Below, one piece after another: positions 59,716 to 64,000 of a DNA stretch of 64,000 nt. A program made the translations under genes and the position numbers. Below the pieces are notes generated by a model, which made no database searches, had not been told where the DNA came from, and saw only the letters and a list, made by a program, of their open reading frames with translations. The stretch covers positions 1-64,000 of the forward strand of contig JANRKS010000001.1 of NCBI GenBank assembly GCA_033763315.1, read 5' to 3'. Positions within the stretch are counted from its first letter, which is position 1, and each line of letters starts with the position of its first letter. This DNA is from Deltaproteobacteria bacterium (lineage in GTDB: Bacteria > Myxococcota_A > Polyangia > Fen-1088).

Positions 59716-61569
59716 TTACTGGGCGTCGACGCCCGTATCGGGGGCGCCCGCGTCCGGCGTTGTCACGGGGCCTCCAAACGGCAGCTTCGCGTAGTAGATG
59801 CCATCAGAGGCGAACCCTTGGTCGATCTGGATGATCAAGGTGTCGTACTTGGGGAGGGTCATGCTGTAGATGCGGGACGCTTGCTTTTGCAAAGGCAAGC
59901 CCGCCCCACCCGAGGGCCACGTTTTGCCGTCCGGCACCCGCACATACCGCAAGGAAACGATATCGATGTCGGTGTCATCGCTGTAGATGACGCCTTCGTC
60001 GTTGACCGTGAACCAAAAGTCGATGTCCTTGGCGTACTGGGTTTTGTTCGAACAATCCGCGGGGTTGGCCACCATGCCCTTGCCGACAAGAACATTGGGA
60101 TCCACGTCGTCCACCCAGAAAACGAGGCCGGCCTTGTCGAGGAAGGGCGAGCCGTACAAGTCTGTGGTGCTGCTGATCTGCAGCGCGCATCGGGGCGCGG
60201 TTGTGTCTTTTGTGGCTTCGTTGTTACGCGCCACGTAGGCGTCGGCAAGACCGGTTTGCTCGTTCACGTTCTGGCTGAAGTACGTGTAGCGCAGGTCTTG
60301 CGAGACCGACGCACTGGCGATGCCGGTGGCGATCGTTACGAAATTCGCGGGAGCGTTGCGATCACGAATAAAGCGCAACGTGCCCTTGTTTTGGGTCACG
60401 TCGGCGAAGATGCCTAGGCCTTTGTCAGCGTCGGAGCCATCCGACAGCAACAGGAACGCGCCCACGTTGTTGGCCAAAGTCACTGGGTTCACGGCCGAGG
60501 GATAATCCACCATCGTCAAGGTGCCGTTCGGGTTGCCCTGGTCGCTGTAGTTAAAACCCTTGAGGTAGTAAAGCTTCTGTGTATCGCGTGCGAACGCCCA
60601 CCTCGCCGCATCGGCGAGCAAGGGTGGCGTTGTGCGCGTGCCGGAAACCACGGCGCTCGCGGGCAAGTTGGCGGTGGCGAAGCACCACAGGTTTTCGGCG
60701 TCTGTGGGGGTCCGTCCCGTGGAGTAGCAGAATTGCGAGCCATCGCGGTTGAAACCCGCGCGCCACTTTGAGACGTCGTTGGAGCGCGAAGGAAAGATGC
60801 GATCAACGCGCGGCAACTGTCCGTTTTCCACCGTCGGCAGCGGCCCCGCGAGCAGGTCGAATTCAAGGGGTTTGCTCTCGTCAGGTTCGATGTTGTCCAA
60901 GCACAAGGCCACCTGACCTTGGAAGTGGCCGGCGCAGGTGATGCCTTTGTTGCTGGAGATCTTGCGAGCCTTGGGCCAGCCTGGGCGCCACGCGTAGATG
61001 GGACCTTGGTAAAGTTCGGTCGAGGCGGAGGTCGCGTCAGCATGGAAGATCAGCGTGTCGCCATCGAACGCATGCGCGTAAGGATGCGTTGGACCCACGG
61101 ACGGCGTCCCCGTCCAAAGGTTTGGCGTCAGCTTCAAGCAGTTCGGGTCAGCGCCAGTGCACTGCACCGGCGTGCCGGCGGTCACCGCCGAAATGTTGAT
61201 GACCCACAAGTCGGATTTGCCCAGTTCCACGTCGCGCGAGAAAGCGCACCAACGGTCGCCCGGCGCGGGCTCTTGGTTCGTGCAACTCGTCAGCCCGGTC
61301 CCCACAAGGGCCACTTTGCCCGTGATCGGCAGCTTCTTGAGCAGCTCCGAGATCACAGGCTCGGTGCGCTGAATGCGCGTGTCTGGGTTCGTGTTTTTCG
61401 GGCCATCCAGCCCGATGTTGGTGCCGCCTTCACGGGCACCCCCATCGAGGCCGGCGTCGCCTGACCCCTGGCCCGAGCTGCCGCTGCCATCACAGCCAAC
61501 CGCCCCCACCACAAGCCCACCTAACAAGCACAACAAGCCGCTGCGGCGGCCCTGAAATCGATACTGCAT
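59716..61569 (-). CDS. Large Cys-containing lipoprotein of unknown function
   Basis: Lipobox GAVGC, Gly/Ser/Asp linker, beta-rich repeats (propeller-like); GGGGGA RBS. Confidence 0.75.
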   Translation of the reverse strand: MQYRFQGRRSGLLCLLGGLVVGAVGCDGSGSSGQGSGDAGLDGGAREGGTNIGLDGPKNTNPDTRIQRTEPVISELLKKLPITGKVALVGTGLTSCTNQEPAPGDRWCAFSRDVELGKSDLWVINISAVTAGTPVQCTGADPNCLKLTPNLWTGTPSVGPTHPYAHAFDGDTLIFHADATSASTELYQGPIYAWRPGWPKARKISSNKGITCAGHFQGQVALCLDNIEPDESKPLEFDLLAGPLPTVENGQLPRVDRIFPSRSNDVSKWRAGFNRDGSQFCYSTGRTPTDAENLWCFATANLPASAVVSGTRTTPPLLADAARWAFARDTQKLYYLKGFNYSDQGNPNGTLTMVDYPSAVNPVTLANNVGAFLLLSDGSDADKGLGIFADVTQNKGTLRFIRDRNAPANFVTIATGIASASVSQDLRYTYFSQNVNEQTGLADAYVARNNEATKDTTAPRCALQISSTTDLYGSPFLDKAGLVFWVDDVDPNVLVGKGMVANPADCSNKTQYAKDIDFWFTVNDEGVIYSDDTDIDIVSLRYVRVPDGKTWPSGGAGLPLQKQASRIYSMTLPKYDTLIIQIDQGFASDGIYYAKLPFGGPVTTPDAGAPDTGVDAQ

Positions 61570-61759
61570 TCGTCCCCCTTGAATGCTGCATTGGACCCCA
61601 GAGGCACCCCATCCGGCAAGGATCCATGTGTCGATTGCGGGTCCTTTACGTCGATCCGTGTGTGATCACGGCGCTTGTCGGCCCACTGGCGGACCGAACT
61701 TTGTGCGCCTCTGTAAGCGCAGGTGAGGTCCGATCCGCCCGGCCGATGGCCATAACCGC

Positions 61760-62236
61760 CTAGAATGGAATGTCGTCGTCGCCAGGAGGCATGCCCATGT
61801 CGCCGCTCGAGCCGGCGAAGTCGTCGGTAGCCCCGCCGCCACTGTCTGGGCCCCACTTCTTCCCGCCGCCGCCACCGGGTGCACCGCCGCCCGCCGCGCC
61901 ACCGCCGCCACCCAAAAACTTCACGCGTTCGGCGACCACGTCCGTGGAGTAGCGCTTGTTGCCGTCTTTGTCGTCCCACGACCGCGTTTGCAAACGTCCC
62001 TCCACGTAAACGGAACGCCCCTTCGACAGGTATTTGTTGCAGTTTTCTGCCTGATCGCCCCACACCGTCACGCGGTGCCATTCGGTGCGCTCTTGGTTTG
62101 CCCCCGTTTTGTCTTTGAAGACATCGCTGGTGGCGATTCGCAAACTGCACACCGCCCGGTTTCCATTGGGCGTGTAACGCAGCTCGGGGTCGGCCCCCAG
62201 GTTACCAATCAAGATGACTTTGTTTACGCTTGCCAT
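61760..62236 (-). CDS. ssb: Single-stranded DNA-binding protein
   Basis: [31 protein letters not shown], terminal DDDIPF. Confidence 0.97.
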   Translation of the reverse strand: MASVNKVILIGNLGADPELRYTPNGNRAVCSLRIATSDVFKDKTGANQERTEWHRVTVWGDQAENCNKYLSKGRSVYVEGRLQTRSWDDKDGNKRYSTDVVAERVKFLGGGGGAAGGGAPGGGGGKKWGPDSGGGATDDFAGSSGDMGMPPGDDDIPF

Positions 62237-62461
62237 GTTCGTGTTCTCCTACCGCTAGATGCGCGGTACAGCTCCAAGCTTGTCCCGCAGGTATCTCCTA
62301 AAAAGCGGCGCCCGGCAACCGGTTCCGCTCAAGGAAAGGCATCGACGACGAATGCCAGTTTGTTGCGTGAAAAGTGAAGGCGTGAGCATTCTTTGGCGTC
62401 GCGCAAACGCGCGCTAGTCTTGCCATCCCACGTGACATTCGTGGCCGCACCCGGAGTTCGC

Positions 62462-64000
62462 ATGTGTTTGGCTGTCGTTCCTTTCGCTCTTGTACTTGCT
62501 GCGGCATCGCCTGCACCCTCCCAGCCGCCAGTCTTGGCAGACGCGCTCGCTCTAGGCGCCGGCGTGCGCGCCTTCCGCGCGGGGGCTTACGACGAAGCGA
62601 TCAAGGAGCTGCGACGCGCGCATGCACGCCATCTGAACAATGACGATTACGCGCAGTTCTATCTTGCCGAAGCCTTGCTCGCGACGCGCGCCTTCGACGA
62701 AGCGTTGTCGTTGTATAAAACGGTCAGCCATATCCGGGAGTCGCGCTTTGCCACGATCGCGCGGTGGCGCGTGGCCGATGCTTTGTGGGACGCCCAACGC
62801 ACGCCGGCAGCCGTGGCCGAATACCAGGTGTTGCTGAAAGCCAAAACCCCTAGCACTGAAGCCGCGCGCGCGTGGATGCGTGTTGGGACCGCGGCGCTCG
62901 CCAACAAAGACACCGCCACAGCGCGTGCCGCCTTCGGATCCGTTGTTGTTCACTTTGCAACACACGCTTTGGCCAAGGAAGCGCAAACACGCTTGCAGGC
63001 GCTTACCGCCAAACCGGCCGACACTGATATGGCTGCTTCCGCCCTGCCCGCCTCGTTGCGGATCGCTCGCGCCCGGCGGCTTTCGGATCAGCACCAGTGG
63101 AGCACCGCCATCGCTGAGCTCGAGGCTTTGCAGCAAGGTTTGACGCCGCAAGAAGCGGCCCTGCGCGACTTCGTTTTGGGCCAGGCCAAATACCGTTCGC
63201 GCACCGACTATGCAGGCGCTTCACGCTTGCTTTACCAAGCGGTGCCGCTTTTGCCCGAAAAAGAGGCCGTTTGGGCGGCCTTTCATGGGGCGCGCGCTTT
63301 GTCTCGCGCGGATCGAGATGACGAAGCCATCGCCGGTTACCTGCGGTTTGTGCAACGTTATCCGAAATCCAGCTTCACGGCAGAAGCGCAGTTTCTGGCG
63401 GGGTGGCTCGATTTCAATCAAGGTCGCTTTGCCGCCGCTCGCCCCGCTTTGCGCGAAACCGTGAACCGCTTTGCGCGCTCACCGTTTGCGATCGACGCCG
63501 CTTGGTATTTGGCAATGGGTGCGTACTTTGCCAACGACTTGACCGGCGCCCTTCGCGATCTCGCGGCCTTTGCAGCCATCGCGCAAAAGGGTGGCAAGCA
63601 ACGTTTGTGGCCCGCCGATCGTGTAACCTACTGGCGGGCGCGCATCTTTGAGCGCCTTGCACGACAAACCGAAGCCAATGCGCTTTACACGCAACTGGGC
63701 ACCGAGCAGCCCTTGCGTTGGTATGGGCTTTTGGCGACCGCGCGCTTGCGCGAGCAAAAGCTTCCCGATCCATTGCATCTGCCGGTTGGCAAAGCGAATG
63801 TGGCGCCACTTGATGCCAAGGCCTTGCGGGATCCCGCTTTGCTGCGCGTGGATGAGTTGTTGGCTGTGCAACTGCATGAAGACGCCGGCTATGAGATTGA
63901 ACGCGCCGCCACGGCGCTGCTCAAGCGCTTGGGCCGCGCCAAAGGTTTGATGGCTGTCATCACACGGTCGAACGCCGCGGGTGTTTGGGCGAAATCATAT
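62462..64000 (+). CDS. Exported TPR protein, probably the N-terminal part of an Slt70-like lytic transglycosylase (partial)
   Basis: Manual translation MCLAVVPFALVLAAASP...DYAQFYLAEA...YWRARIFE...PLRWYGLLATARL; appears open to the window end; catalytic domain not visible. Confidence 0.65.
   Translation, partial: MCLAVVPFALVLAAASPAPSQPPVLADALALGAGVRAFRAGAYDEAIKELRRAHARHLNNDDYAQFYLAEALLATRAFDEALSLYKTVSHIRESRFATIARWRVADALWDAQRTPAAVAEYQVLLKAKTPSTEAARAWMRVGTAALANKDTATARAAFGSVVVHFATHALAKEAQTRLQALTAKPADTDMAASALPASLRIARARRLSDQHQWSTAIAELEALQQGLTPQEAALRDFVLGQAKYRSRTDYAGASRLLYQAVPLLPEKEAVWAAFHGARALSRADRDDEAIAGYLRFVQRYPKSSFTAEAQFLAGWLDFNQGRFAAARPALRETVNRFARSPFAIDAAWYLAMGAYFANDLTGALRDLAAFAAIAQKGGKQRLWPADRVTYWRARIFERLARQTEANALYTQLGTEQPLRWYGLLATARLREQKLPDPLHLPVGKANVAPLDAKALRDPALLRVDELLAVQLHEDAGYEIERAATALLKRLGRAKGLMAVITRSNAAGVWAKSY

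Noticed and set aside
61678-61746. Hairpin considered as SRP RNA or tRNA
   Set aside because: No SRP domain IV motif (CAGG..GGAA..AGCAG) and no cloverleaf or T-loop; kept only as an unassigned structure

Overview
GC-rich, gene-dense bacterial chromosome segment. The abundant Ser/Thr kinases, sigma54 activators, PEGA/TPR proteins and an Oar-type TonB-dependent receptor suggest Myxococcota (inference). Left to right: a stress module (DinB, VOC, DHFR-like, ECF sigma-SnoaL, rhodanese); an internally deleted AAA/DUF4143 pseudogene behind a perfect 22-bp palindrome; pyc-phoB-pstSCAB with a Pho box before pstC; an RNA methyltransferase; a minus-strand run (acidic-tail protein, DUF1844, clpB, Tat-exported GH1, cytochrome P460-like lipoprotein, DegT aminotransferase); a sigma54 activator / FHA-GGDEF / kinase module divergent from tonB-lipoprotein-TBDR; a Gld-like ABC system; a kinase-STAND-TPR gene divergent from two PEGA kinases, a TPR protein and a beta-helix lipoprotein; a MoxR-Bat operon; a secreted glycosidase; YbjN-like, DUF423, NtrC-family, astA, deacetylase and lipoprotein genes; ssb; and a partial TPR/Slt-like gene. 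No rRNA, tRNA, CRISPR array or intact mobile element was seen. The best candidates for undescribed systems are (i) the PEGA-kinase pair with a shared C-terminal DPF peptide plus TPR anchor protein and lipoprotein, and (ii) two kinases carrying degenerate class III cyclase domains. All family assignments come from motif recognition by eye, not database searches.
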